From Basidiobolus meristosporus CBS 931.73 (taxonomy: Eukaryota; Fungi; Basidiobolomycota), in assembly GCA_002104905.1 (NCBI GenBank), contig MCFE01000193.1, positions 1-64,000 of the forward strand: a stretch of DNA of 64,000 nucleotides, given 5' to 3'. Below the pieces are notes generated by a model. That model had not been told where the DNA came from. It ran no database searches and saw only the letters and a list, made by a program, of their open reading frames with translations. The translations under genes and the position numbers were made by a program. Numbering within the stretch: the first letter of the stretch is position 1; each line of letters starts with the position of its first letter. Shown here piece after piece: positions 38,016 through 50,102 of the stretch.

Positions 38016-39155
38016 TTACGGAGCATGGGGAGTCACCGTAGTACCATTGCTGGTTGTCACTTGCAAGGGGATCGCGGGCAAGTACCTGATACCATTTGGT
38101 GGCAGAGTGGGGTGCGGCCTGTATTGCTCAAGGAATTTTTCCACAGAGCCAAATAGTTGGCGAACCATAGGGTTCTGGGTAAGTTCCTTGGGAGGGTCGG
38201 AGAACAAGAAAAGGTGCAATAGCGCGATAAAGTCTTGCTTCTTTATCTTGCGAACGTTATTGGGGCTTGTCCTTTTTGTGTTCAATATGACGGCGGGGGA
38301 CCTTTTGAAGAGGGCGTACACTTGGTCGGCAGTCACCCGTTGTCAATAACAAGTTTTTGCTTCTTCCAAGACGTATTGTAGTTCTCCCGTAGAAACTGTG
38401 GCGCAATCAAGGCACTTTTGTACTTGCCTCATGGTTTCTACAGAATCCGCGGCGGTTTCTTTGGCTTCTTAGAGTTGAACTTTGTACTGATTCCTGAGTT
38501 GTCCTATGGTAAACCACTGTAATAGTTGTAACACAGCAACTTGGTGGATTGCATGGGTTAACTGGCCGGTGTATTTAATCCGTTTGCATATCTTCTCTAA
38601 GATGGTTACTTCTTGGAAATGTGGTTTGAGATGTTTGCGAATTTCTTGGAGGAGTCCTTTGATTGGGAGTTCTACTTCTGGTGCTCTTGCAGCTTGTACC
38701 AGGTCTGCGTATACCTCAACAACCGTGGTACCTATTAATGGCAAGTATGCAACAAAACAGGGGGGCTCTCAAGGTCTTGTGAGGGCGCGACAGTTGATTC
38801 CTTGTGTCTTCTGTCTAACTGTGTCCAGTATGGATACGGGAATCAGCGCGGCGTCCTTCTCCTTAATGATCAAGGAACCTCCTCTTAGGTGGTACACGGT
38901 CTTCTTGGGTAGTATCTCCATGCTTTGTATAGGCGTGGGTAACTTGTCTCGTCCCTCTCTGATTGTGTCTTGTATTAGCGTGACTGCTCCAGCAAACAAC
39001 TCTTCATAGGTGGCTCTTGTTGTATGTAACGCTTGTACCATATCTCTTAACACTTGCAGGTTGGTTTTGTTTTTGATATCATCTTGGTTCTTGCTAGTGG
39101 GAGGGGTATTGCCAGTTTTGGGTGAACTGTTTCCTTTGGCGCTTTCCATATGCAT
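38016..39155 (-). pseudogene. Gypsy C extra ORF (379 aa from first ATG), unknown function
   Basis: Three ORF-track pieces (38769-39179, 38469-38744, 38016-38336) are in one frame, separated by single TGA, TAA and TGA stops with no frameshift. Confidence 0.75.
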
Positions 39156-39284
39156 TCTTTTGTTCTCCCCTTTGGGCAAACTCCCTCGCGCATATTATTT
39201 GTACCTATATTGACTAAAATCTCCTCTAATAAACTTCAAATGTATCCCTTGTCTTCCTCTATCCTTGTCCTGATATTTGTTTAA

Positions 39285-42200
39285 TCACACTTTGGTCTCA
39301 GTGATGATTGGTGGATCATCATGAAACGGTTTCAGATGGGCTGGCGCTACGTTGCTGATTGTCTTATTATTCAGGGTGATGGTGTACTTTGGTCCGTGGT
39401 CCAAACTGATAACGGTGCATGGGCCAATCCATCAGGGTGTAAATCATGGGCGGAACTTGAGGCCTGCAACGGTTTGGTTGTACCACACCTTATCGCCTGA
39501 TTTCCACTTTTGTCTTGTTAGTTTCTCATTTTTGGGTGGAGGGGGAAGGTGCTTGTTGACATTTTCGAATACTTTTATGTATAGGTGGGCAATACGGTGT
39601 ATCAACCTTTCTATATAGTCGTTATGTGTTGTCAGGGGGACACCTTCCATTGTCAAACCAGCTTCCTCCCGCCACTTGGGTCTTCGTCCATATAGGATTT
39701 CATATGGGGAGAAACCCGTCGTTTTATTTGGTGTGGTGTGCATTGCTAGGAGTGTCAGTGGGAGCAGCTTGGCCCATGATTGGGGAAGTTCCCAGTGAAG
39801 CTTCTCCAGTATGCGGCAGCACGTCTGGTTCATCCTCTTGGTTAATCCGTCAGTCTGGGGGTGATACGCGGCCGTGAAGACTTGTTTCACGCCCATCATT
39901 TTGCACAGGTGGGCCACGGTGTTGTTCAGGAAGGAACCACCATTGTTGGACAGGAGTATCTGAGGATATCTGTGTCGGCAGATGAGGTGTTCTAGAATGA
40001 ATTGGGCGGTTGTCTTCTGATCTTTATTGCAGACGGCTTGGGCTTCTACCCACTTTGAGAAATAATCGGTAGCAATTATTATGTATTGTTCTCCTTTCTT
40101 TGTTTTCATAAAGGGGCCAACAAAGTCAATCCCTACTTGGTGGAAGGGCAGGTCAACCGGTATTGGTGCGGTTGTCCCTATCTTCTGACTCCGGTTGAAT
40201 CTTTCGCAAGTGGTGCATCTTTGTAACGTATTTGTAACGTTGGTCATCATTTTTCGCCAATAGAACGTTTTTCTTAACATCTTATATGTTGTTAGGGGGT
40301 TAGCGTGTCCTAATGACATATGTCTTTCTTGTATGATTTCTTCACGGGCTGCTAGTGGGGGTACCTTGGCTCTGGACTGTCCTGGGAGGAACCATAGTTG
40401 ATTTTCTTGTACTTCGTACTGACACCATTTCCTTCAAAATTCTCTCTTCTGTTTGTTTGTAACGACATGTTTGGGATACCTCCCTTTCTTTTTAAAGCAG
40501 ATTACGTCCTCGTACTCATCACTGACACGTATTTGGCAAACGGGACAGCAACTGAGGAAGTCTGCGTCCTGGTGTTTCTTGCCAGCGCGGTGAATTATTT
40601 CAAAGTCGTATTGCTGTAGTTGTAGGGCCCAACGTGCTAGTTGGCTGGTAAAGTCTTTAGTTTTCATCAGCCAGACCAGTGCACTGTGGTCCGTTACTAT
40701 CGTGAATTGGCGACCATGTATGTATGTATGGAATTGTTTATTTGAATAAACAACAGCCAGACATTTTATCTTGGTAATGGGGTAGTGGCATTTGTGTTTG
40801 TTTAGCAAACAGCTCACGTAACCAATCGGGTGGAATTTGCCGGGTTGGTGGTATTGTCCCAGTACAGCGCCTATACCGGTGAGGCTTCCATCACAGTTAA
40901 TAAAAAGTCTTGCATCCCAATTGGGAAATCGTAACACTGGCGGTGACGTCAGGGAATGTTTCAGCTGATTGAATGCTCTCTTTTGAGGCTCCGACCATAC
41001 AAAACACTGGCCCTTTTGCATCAATTCATACAGGGGGGCTGCTATTGTCGCAAAGTTTTTGACAAAGCGGCGATAGTAGCCGGCTAATCCTAGGAATCCC
41101 AACACTGCATTAATGTCCTTTGGTGCAGGTGCATTTTGAACGGCTTTCAGGAGTGATGTAGATGGGTATATTCTATCTGCCGAGATCTTGTGGCCCAGGA
41201 ACAACAATTTTGTATACAGGAAATGGCACTTCTTGGGATGTAGTTTGAGTTGGTTCTTGAGGAGGGATGTCAGGATACGTTGCACATTGTGTATATGTTC
41301 TTCTACATCGGGGGAATATATCGTGATGTCTTCCAGATACACGAGGGCACATTCCCATTGTAGATTTCCTAGCACCTTGTCAATCATCCTTTGGAACGTA
41401 GCGGGGGCATTGCACAAGCCAAAGGGTAGTTGGTTCCATTTGTATAATCCAAGCAATGTTATAAAAGCGGTTTTGGGTTGATCTTCCGGGGCTACTTCTA
41501 CTTGCCAATACCTGGAGATTAAGTCAAGAGAGCTAAAATATTTAGCTCCAATTAATCTGTCCAAGAGGTCGTCTATTTGCGGTAGCGGATACACGTCCTT
41601 CCAGGTGATGGCATTCAATTTCCGGTAGTTGATGCAAAAGCGTTGCTTTCCGTCTTTCTTTGGGACTATCACTACGGGGGAGGCCCACGGAGACTGGCTC
41701 TCTGTAATGATGTCGTCTTTTAATAAAGTTTCAATCGTCTCTTTGATATAGTCTGTGTCAATTTTCAAATTCCTATAGGCTTTTTGCTTGATGGGGTATT
41801 TGTTGGCAAGGTGGATTTGGTGATATACCCCAGGTATATGACCAATTACTTGGTTCTTAGAGAATACTTGGGCAAGCGGACATATTCCTTCTAGGAATTT
41901 GTCTTGTAACGTAGGCGGTAGACCGGGGTCCACATCTGGTTTGGGGAGTTCTTCTTCTGGTTCTTTGTTTGGAGGTGGTCCTTGGTTGTTTCCGTCAACT
42001 TCCTCTAAGTTTAACAATGGCACTCCTCTAGGCAATGTCACCGTGTGTTGCCTGTTGTTAACCACTAAGCATTTCAGGCTTTGCGTTTCAAATTTCGGTG
42101 GTATCCATACTTTAGGGATCGAGATTCCTTCCAGTTGCTCAGATGCTTTTGCTGCAGTTATCATTCTTCCGCTTGTTGAATAAGCTATTGGTGTTTCTAA

Positions 42201-43030
42201 TGAGATCACCGTCTCACTGGCGGGTGGTATTTTTATCACCTTTTGTGTGATGATCGGAGACTGCGACGGTTTCATCTCTTTGATTGTCACACTGTTGCTA
42301 CGCGCCTTGCTCTCATTGGTGATATGAATCAGTGGGATACTCTTGGTATCCCACCTGAGTTCAGATGCACTGTAAAGTATATCCATCTTATGTTGGATAA
42401 ACCAACTCTTGCCAATGAGTAAGTCATTGGCTGCAACAGGTAGGACCACAACATCTTGGCGTATTATCAAGTTGCCTAGCCAAATAGGGCAATTAGGCAC
42501 CACACCTACCGTTGTATCCAGTTGGTCATTTGCTAGCCGTACTTGAATGGTGTTGTTGGGGACTATATTTAGTTTTAGACGTTTTGCTAATGACTCTGAC
42601 ATGATCAACGTAGAGGATCCTGTGTCAATAAGGGCAAGAATCTCCTTATTCTCTATACATACCTTTATGTATGTACCTTTATTCAGTTTTTGCAGGACCG
42701 TCTGGTTGACATGGAGGGTTGTTATCTCCTTCAATCCCTCTATCAGTTCCTTGACTAGAGCCGGGGCCAGTCCCAGTAAATTGGTTATTGGGAGGGTTGC
42801 CTTGGTTTGCTCTAGTACCTTCATTATGGGGAATAGGCCATGGGAAGACGTGCTAGCGTTCTTTGTTTGCTTTAACACTTCTTCCCAAGGTTCATTCCAT
42901 ACTTCTTCACCTAATTCCGCGCTCTTTCCTTTTGACAGAACCTCTACTACAGGTTCCTTTGCCTCCTCTCTAGAAGCATCATGTCAACGCTTCTTCTTCC
43001 GCACTTTGATTGTCCTGACCAGAGGGCTTA
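39285..43030 (-). pseudogene. Gypsy C pol (PR-RT-RH-IN), -1 frame relative to gag
   Basis: Single frame with four internal TGA stops. RT catalytic motif reads YLED instead of YLDD. Integrase has HHCC and VGIDFVGP. Confidence 0.9.
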
Positions 43031-43906
43031 GATTGACTGAGTCCCATTGGCCTCCTGGCGAGGGACTCTGTCTTTTGACGCCTTCTTCTCTTTTGTGTCC
43101 GGTACGGCTTCTCTTCCGTACTGTTTTTCACATTCATGGGCCCGGTGACCTACTTCTCCACACACATAACACGGATACTGTCGTCGCGGTTGTTCCATCT
43201 GTTGGGTCAGGACTTGAACCTGGGCCTTTAGATCTACGACAGCTTCCCAGAGTTTATCATCTTCTTTGGGGACTTCTTGGACATTGTTGATCAAGAGTTC
43301 TTGGACCTTTTGCTGTAATTCCTCTAACTCACAGTCTTTTGGGGAGGCAATTTTTCCTTTCTTACAGGGGATCCCTGTCCTTTGATCATTTGTATCACTA
43401 TAGGGTAGCCCCCATAGCAAGATGACCCCTCGTACTCATTTGACCAACTCTTGCAACATTTTACATCCCTGTTGTTCTTTGGACGCCCTACATCTTATTT
43501 CATCGTCTAAGCCCATGATGTAATACCTCATGAGCTGTCATTTGGCGATTTTGTCCTTTGGGAGACATCAAACTTGTTGGAGAAACAGTTCAGTGTAGGC
43601 TTCATAGCTTTTACTGCTTTTCTTCCGCAAGGACAGTAGAAGGGCTTTGTAGTGGTATCCTTTGGCATATAGAAAGCATGTCTTGTAGGCTTCTTCTAGT
43701 GCATCCCAGTCGTCTTTGACTGCGTCTTCCAACCCATAATGCCATTGCCATGCTGACCCTTCCATATGTCTTGCAAACTCTCTTACTTTCTTATCGTTGT
43801 CCCATCCTGCATCAACCGCAACTCTCTCAAACTTATCAAACCACTCAAGGGCTTTCTCTCTCTTTCCCTTGTATGTCTTTAGTTTGATTGTAGTAGTCAT
43901 TACCTC
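43028..43906 (-). pseudogene. Gypsy C gag, one frame with three TGA stops
   Basis: YKGKREKALEWFDKFE, CYVCGEVGHRAHEC zinc knuckle; the ORF-track pieces 43568-43924 and 43028-43420 share a frame. Confidence 0.85.
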
Positions 43907-44774
43907 ACTTGTGCTTATTTCCACAGAGACGGCACCAAATATGTGGGTTATTACTGACTGTACTTGGTGAGTGGGAGAGCTTGTAGGTCAAGTCAGTACC
44001 ACTTGGTTCAGAATAGCTTCCAATAGAAGGTAGCAAGGTAATAAAGACTTCTGTTTATTTTGTCCAAATCTTGTTGTTCTTCCTGGTTCAATTGGGTAGA
44101 TATATATATCACTTGGGGGGGCTTAGACAATAGACAATGTGTTATAAAATAGGGGTGTGAACACCTTCCTGTTATGGTAAGTGTTCTAACTAGATAAGGG
44201 CAGGGATAGGAGGGGAGGATGCATGGGGGAATCATAGGGAGGGTACTGGAGGACTTCGGGTAGGACTCTGGAGGGAACTCTTGGGAGAACTCTTGGGCAA
44301 AGAGTGGGTACTACATTGAGTACTCACAACCATCTCTACCATTCTCATACCATATATGGTATCCGTATGTTACACAGGTCTCAGAATACTGATTCCTGAC
44401 TGATTGGGAGTGTTGTGACACTTAGAACCTTCCAGTGCCTACTTATAAAATTCTTAGCTCATTCTGATCTCATTACAATTTCTATTTTACCACCAAAACC
44501 TTCTGGAACACCATGGTTATTAATCACTTAGCCAGTGAGAAAAGTATATAAGGTAGGTGATCCCTCAACAATAAATCATTGTCCCTTTTGTCAATATTCC
44601 AACTTGTCAATTAGTGTGATCACTGCTACCTGCTGCTACCTGAGCTTCCAACCACAGACCACAGGACACTCCCAGGAAACCACACTGACAACCAACTGAC
44701 CTTGGAGGCACTACTTATGAGGAACACTCAGAGTAGGTCTCTTTTATTATATTGATTCTTTCCCCAGTTTGTTC

Positions 44775-45921
44775 TGTTGTGTTGTATTATGATTAGTTTA
44801 GGGCTTGTTCTACAATGTAGAGGTTAATCAACAATTTACAACAACTTCCAGTATGCTAATACTGAAATAGTTTATTGGGAGCTTGATATACCAATAGAAG
44901 ATACAACTTTCACTAATATCCTCAATCTTAGGCTCAAAATATACTGTAGGCAGTTTTTATCACTTCTACAGCAGTGTTCTGACCTTCTGTCAACAAATGG
45001 ACTTATTAACTTTTATAGTATCTCTTCCTTATCTGAAAGTCACATTTCTTTCTGAGAAAATATTTCCTAATATAAAATTATGAACTCCCCTTTAACCTAA
45101 AGGGGTGTATTGTAGCAGTCTCTAACGGGGTCTTTAGACCTAGAGGGGTGTTTTTATAGTAAAGGGGCTTCTTTAGATAAAGGAGTTTCTTAAAGGGGCC
45201 TCTAAAGGGGTGTCTTTAGAGTAAAGGGGTTTCTTAGAGGGGTCTTTTCCAACAGAAAAGTGGTAGTTTCTTGTAGAACTTAGATTGGATTCTTGTGAGC
45301 TTTACAGTCTCTTTACTGATGTAGTACCAATCAAAGTCGGAATACTCAACAGTGCAAGTGATGCAGGGGAAGTATTATAGCCTTTAAACTTGTAATTGTA
45401 GTGCAGAGATTCTAGAAAGAGAGGCTCTCTCTTTATTTTTCAGCTGGGGATGTCATATATATGAAAATTCTGAAGGATCAAAGTTTTTGGGTGCTTGCGC
45501 AAGCAATACATGTGATGCAAAGCTAAAATTTTGCAGTGGAGCAGATCTGACATAGGTGCAGCACCTTTGAGAAATTTCATGTGATTTGATTGGCTGGCTT
45601 GAAAGTTACATGCAATCAAAGTCACCATAGTAATCCTAGCAATAAGGCATAGTATATATAATAATTGGACTCTTTTGGTCATAACTCCTCAAGTACTTCT
45701 TCAAATGAGCTGTAATTTGAAATATGTGTTGGCTACTATGTGTTCTGTATGACATGATATTCTTGGGTGGATTGCTGGTAAGGGTCTGGAGCATTTGTTC
45801 TTCAAAGTTGGAAATTCTTGATCTTTCACTTGTGTGTTACAATAGCAAAAAGCAAAATAAAGAAATGAGTGTAATATTGGTTTAGATATATTGTATTAGT
45901 GGAATACTTTCCATTACCACA
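44775..45921. mobile_element. Probable solo LTR (family D, 1147 bp) nested in the family B LTR
   Basis: TGTTGT...ACCACA termini and 4-bp TSD GTTC; removal restores the family B LTR; no coding capacity seen. Confidence 0.7.
45086..45243 (+). repeat. Cluster of eight GGGG runs in TA(A/G)AGGGG-type units
   Basis: Seven AGGGG, one CGGGG and one inverted CCCCT within about 160 bp. Confidence 0.85.
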
Positions 45922-46807
45922 GTTCTTGTACAGGCAAAGATACTTTTCTGTCTTTGTAAGTATTGACTACCACTGCATTCTTATCAAGTCCTGCTGGTGG
46001 AGTTTACGGTTGTTTTGACTTTAGAAGCTTTGGTACATTGTTATCTTGAAGGATGCTAAATTCAGCACACATATCTGTTAAGAAGCCAACTAAGTTGGAG
46101 ATTGAGGCTCCATAGCTTTCCCTTGACAAGCTTGTGGGCTTGTTCCCCTTCATAATGGATTAGACACAAAACCCAAGAATTCCTAGCCAGCTTTTTCCAG
46201 AGGTTATTGCACCCAGTGAGCACTCCAAACATAAAGCACCTGAGAAGTGCTGGATGTATTGCCCCCTTGGACTTATACACCACCACACCATCACAAGATT
46301 GTGTAGATGGTCATTAATTCCAAGCTGCTGGTATTATTGTGATCTCCTGATAGAATCTTGACAGCTGATGCAGATTGGATTCACCTGTAGGACCAAATTA
46401 TTTTTCATAGGGTGTATGTACCTGTGCAGATCAGTACAATATATATTTGCTATTACCATTGAATTGAATCCAGCTCAAAACACTCAACACATGCCTCGCA
46501 TTAATCATGAAGATATGCCAATGGCTGTGGCATTATATTGCACAAATATTTGGTCATGTTTCATCACAGATGTTTCTAAGTTGCTTTTAATTGGTCTCTG
46601 CCATATCTCTCAGCCTCCCATTTTGAGCACCCAACCACCTCCTACCTTTGGGAGCATTATTTTACTAAACCACTTTCACATACTTGTTAGTTTTAAACTT
46701 GAGCAGTGCACCTGATTTTCATACATACAGTTTGGTTTATTGGGTTGAATGTTCAGTTTCAACTCAAATGTAGATTGCACTAAACCAAACAAGTCTACAT
46801 ACCTGTA

Positions 46808-47037
46808 TTACAAGTTTTGATGTAAGAGTTGTAGAGGAATACGGAGTTTAGCCAGCATTTTATTCACTAATACTTGGACTTATTTTTATTGAGGTTCCAG
46901 CAGCTCCTCATATACATTTTGCTAGATCAATTGCTGACTAATAATATTTCCTAATGTAGGTTATGGATGGTGACTTTTATGATTGCATCCTCATCACCCA
47001 GTTAGATCCTACTTAAGACATCTATTTCTGTCTAATA
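46808..47037 (+). repeat. Old dispersed repeat, copy 2
   Basis: Collinear with 35169-35400. Confidence 0.7.
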
Positions 47038-47382
47038 TTGATTAGCTGATTCATGTACTGACTGATACTACAACTTGGATAGATAACACTGATATACTGA
47101 TAGGCTAAACATAAAACTAACTAATTTGACTAAAAAATAAACTAACTTACATATTCAAGTAGTAGATAGTAGCATTCTCCCCTACTAATGGTGAGAGGAT
47201 TCCCTTATATCTCTTTTCTTGTGATACCAATATCATGATGGTTCAGTATTGCCAGTAGGTCTTGCATGCTTGAGTCTGTGTCTATGAACTAAATCTTCCC
47301 TGATATTACCTTGTTTGTCCACAAGTTGATAAGTTGCAAATAAACATTCTCTGATGATCTTGAAAGGTCCCATCCATTGTGG

Positions 47383-49620
47383 CTAAAACTTCTTCCAAGT
47401 GTTGTTTCTCAGCAATGCAAAGTTCTCAATTGTCAATGCTTTAGATGATATACTCTCATCAAATATATACTTTATCTTTGCTGCACTCTGAGATCCTTTG
47501 GCCTGTGCCTCTTGTTGTCTTTGCTCCATCTGCTGGCCTCTATTGGGCTGACAGAGCTCATCTTCTAATGTGTCTGTATGCTTTGGTTGTGTGAAATCTC
47601 TGGGAATCCTTGGTTCACATCCACACAGAGAGTAAAGTGGCAATTGTTGGGTGGTGTTGTCTACTCTAACTCTGCATGTAAAGAGTGGTTGGTCTATATA
47701 CTCATCCCATCTACCAATGCCTCCATTTGCATACTTGGTCAGTATTTTTCAAATAATCCATTAAGCTGCTCAGTGACTTCATTAGTTCTAGGATGATGTG
47801 CTGAGGTTTTCATGTGTTTGATCTGCTGCATTTCTTGGTAAGATTCATTTATCTTTTTGATCTCTTAATCCACCTCATTAGGAATGGCTTTGTACCTGAA
47901 GTGTTTTGATAACAAGCTAGGTCAATCAAACTCATGCTCTAAGATGTGTTGTGCAACTTGCTATAGTCTGATAAAGCATCAGCAACCATGTTGTTTTTCC
48001 CAAGACAGTAGACAATATCTAGGTCAAATTGCTCATTGTACTCAACCCACCTTGTCATTCTTCTGGATAGCACACTGTAAGTAGAGTTATACATGAGTGA
48101 GACATGATCAGTCTTCACAGTACACTTGACTCCATGAGAATTGGACCTCCAGGTCTTCAAGCAGTGTATTATTGCAAGCATCTCCTACTCATACACTGGA
48201 TAGTTCTAATCTGACACTTGAGCATCTGCAAGGTAGTCTCACAGGCTTTGTTGCCCTTCAAGGTGTTGTCTTTCTTGAGGACAGCAGTTAAAAAGGCTGC
48301 AATACTTGCAAAACACTTGACAAATTTCCAATAATAGGAGGCCATTCCAATGAATGATCTGAGTTCTATCATGTAATGGGCTGCTTTAAATTCTTGATAA
48401 CTACAACCTTCCTGTGGCCCAAGGCCGCTACTTAAGAAATTCACACTTTGCTTACTTGCCATATAACTTGTTCTCTTTTACCCTAAGAAAAAAAATAAGA
48501 AAAGGTCAGCAGAATACCATCATTAAATCAAATGAATTCCAAGTTTCTCAAATCTGACAACTAGTATTATTGCATGCACTAGAAGTTTGGCAGACAAGCA
48601 GACTCATACTAGACTTGGCATTCAGCTGCCCACTACTTCCATCCAAAAATTGCAACTGGATATTTCAACAAAAAGCACAGTTTGATTACCAGCTAAATAC
48701 CGTTAGAGTACCAACAGAGTACCAGCTGAAAATGAGATGGATTCCAGGGTTGAGATTTTTCATAAGGATAGCTTCTTCAAGACCTTCTCAATATGAACCA
48801 AACAGTCCTCTTCTGTCTTGCTGTAAATTAGAATGTCATCTAGATACATTACCACAAACTTCTCTGAGTATTCTTAGAAGATGGTTTGCATCAAGGTCAT
48901 GATTATTGCAGGGGCATAAGTGTGGCCAAAGCTCATGACTTAGTACTCAGAATGCCCATATCTGGCTCTGAATGCTGTCTTAGGTATGTCTTCTGGTTTC
49001 ACCTTAATCTGGGTGTATCCTAACAAGAGGTCAATCCTGCTGAATTTAGTGGCTCCATTGAGTTGGTCCAAAAGCTCATCACTCCAAGGTATGTAGTGCT
49101 TATTTTTCATTGTGACTAAGTTGAGGGATCTGCAGTCAATGCACATCCCAAGTGTACCATTGTTCTTTTTCATAAACAGTACTGGTGCTCTCCAAGGTGA
49201 CTTGTTAGGTCTGATGAACTTTTGCATCAGTAACTGAACTATTTGTCTGTTCATTTCTTCCAATTCAAATGGACTCATTCTATAAGGTGTCTTGCTCACT
49301 GGAGGGCAATCTACTAAGTTATTGACATGATCCACATCTCAGACTGGTAATAGGCTTACAGGTTCATCTGCAAACATATCTGAGTATTCCTTCAGTAGAG
49401 TCTGGCCTCCTGGGGTGCTGGAGTAGAAGAATTCACCTATAATACCAGCATGAAGAACATCTGGGTACCTTTGTTAAATACTCTACAGAGCTCTGTCTTG
49501 CTAAGTCTCACCATACATCCATTCTTGCAACAACATTGTATGCGGTGGAACCCCCAATCCAGGCATAATCTCAGGGCATGCTTAGAGTTGTGTAGTTGGC
49601 AGATAACATCCATTTTGTCA
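47383..49620 (-). mobile_element. Degenerate Gypsy pol relic (Ty3/Tf-like RT, RNase H, integrase fragment)
   Basis: [59 protein letters not shown]; many stops. Confidence 0.85.
48481..48768 (+). mobile_element. MITE family M, complete copy (288 bp) in Gypsy RT
   Basis: Ends CCCTAAGAAAA / TTTTCATAAGGA with TA TSD; removal restores KVLKKLKENKLYGK. Confidence 0.85.
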
Positions 49621-49673
49621 AATAAAAAATTGCTTTTTAAAAAAATTTGGAGAGAAATTCAAAAATATTTTAT

Positions 49674-50098
49674 TTATTCATCTTTGGGAGCTTTGGCATG
49701 GGACATATTGCAGAGAAGGTTGTAGTTGCTCAAAAGCATTGCATCTTTGACTTCAAGGGCATGGACATCATCATTGCCAACAATGTAAACAATCTTCTTG
49801 CTGGTGGTAAAATGCACAGGGAAACCTTTCTTAAGTACAATGTCACGGGTGAAAGCATAGTTGTCTGGGTCACTGGGATGAGGTTCCCTGGTAAGAGTTT
49901 TAGGGGCGTGCTTAGAGCAAGTTTTGGCAGCACCAGAAGACTTGGTAGTACCAGGAGCCTTGGGGGCTCTAGGGGCGGGCTTTTTTCTGATCTTGACACC
50001 ATCACCAAGATAGTTGGAGCTGAGATTTTTTGGCGCACTTGAGGACAACATCAGGATCCAAACCTTCTTAAACAAGTTTGTTGGTGAAGTCAGACAGG
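49674..50098 (-). pseudogene. 3-prime part of an orphan ORF interrupted by the Gypsy B insertion
   Basis: Joins in frame to 57347-57262 after removing the element and one ACAG TSD; carries one TAA and one extra A in an A6 run. Confidence 0.55.
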
Positions 50099-50102
50099 AC
50101 AG

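Larger units (their letters stand above)
37556..44328 (-). mobile_element. Young full-length Gypsy (family C), tRNA-His-type PBS, extra 3-prime ORF
   Basis: 387-bp LTRs (37556-37942, 43942-44328) differ at 3 positions. 5-bp TSD ACCAT. PBS TGGTGCCGTCTC at 43937-43926. gag with CCHC knuckle, protease LIDTGS, RT, RNase H, integrase with GPY/F tail. Confidence 0.95.
37290..46287 (+). mobile_element. Solo LTR of Gypsy family B split into three pieces by two nested insertions
   Basis: Pieces 37290-37555, 44334-44774 and 45926-46287 sum to 1069 bp after TSD removal, equal to the intact solo LTR. Flanks CTGT/CCAT. Confidence 0.9.

Noticed and set aside
37556-44328. TGA recoding (alternative code or Sec) to explain TGA-only stops
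   Set aside because: Host MBL and CAP genes end in TGA, and the stops fall at Arg-like positions; CpG decay is simpler.
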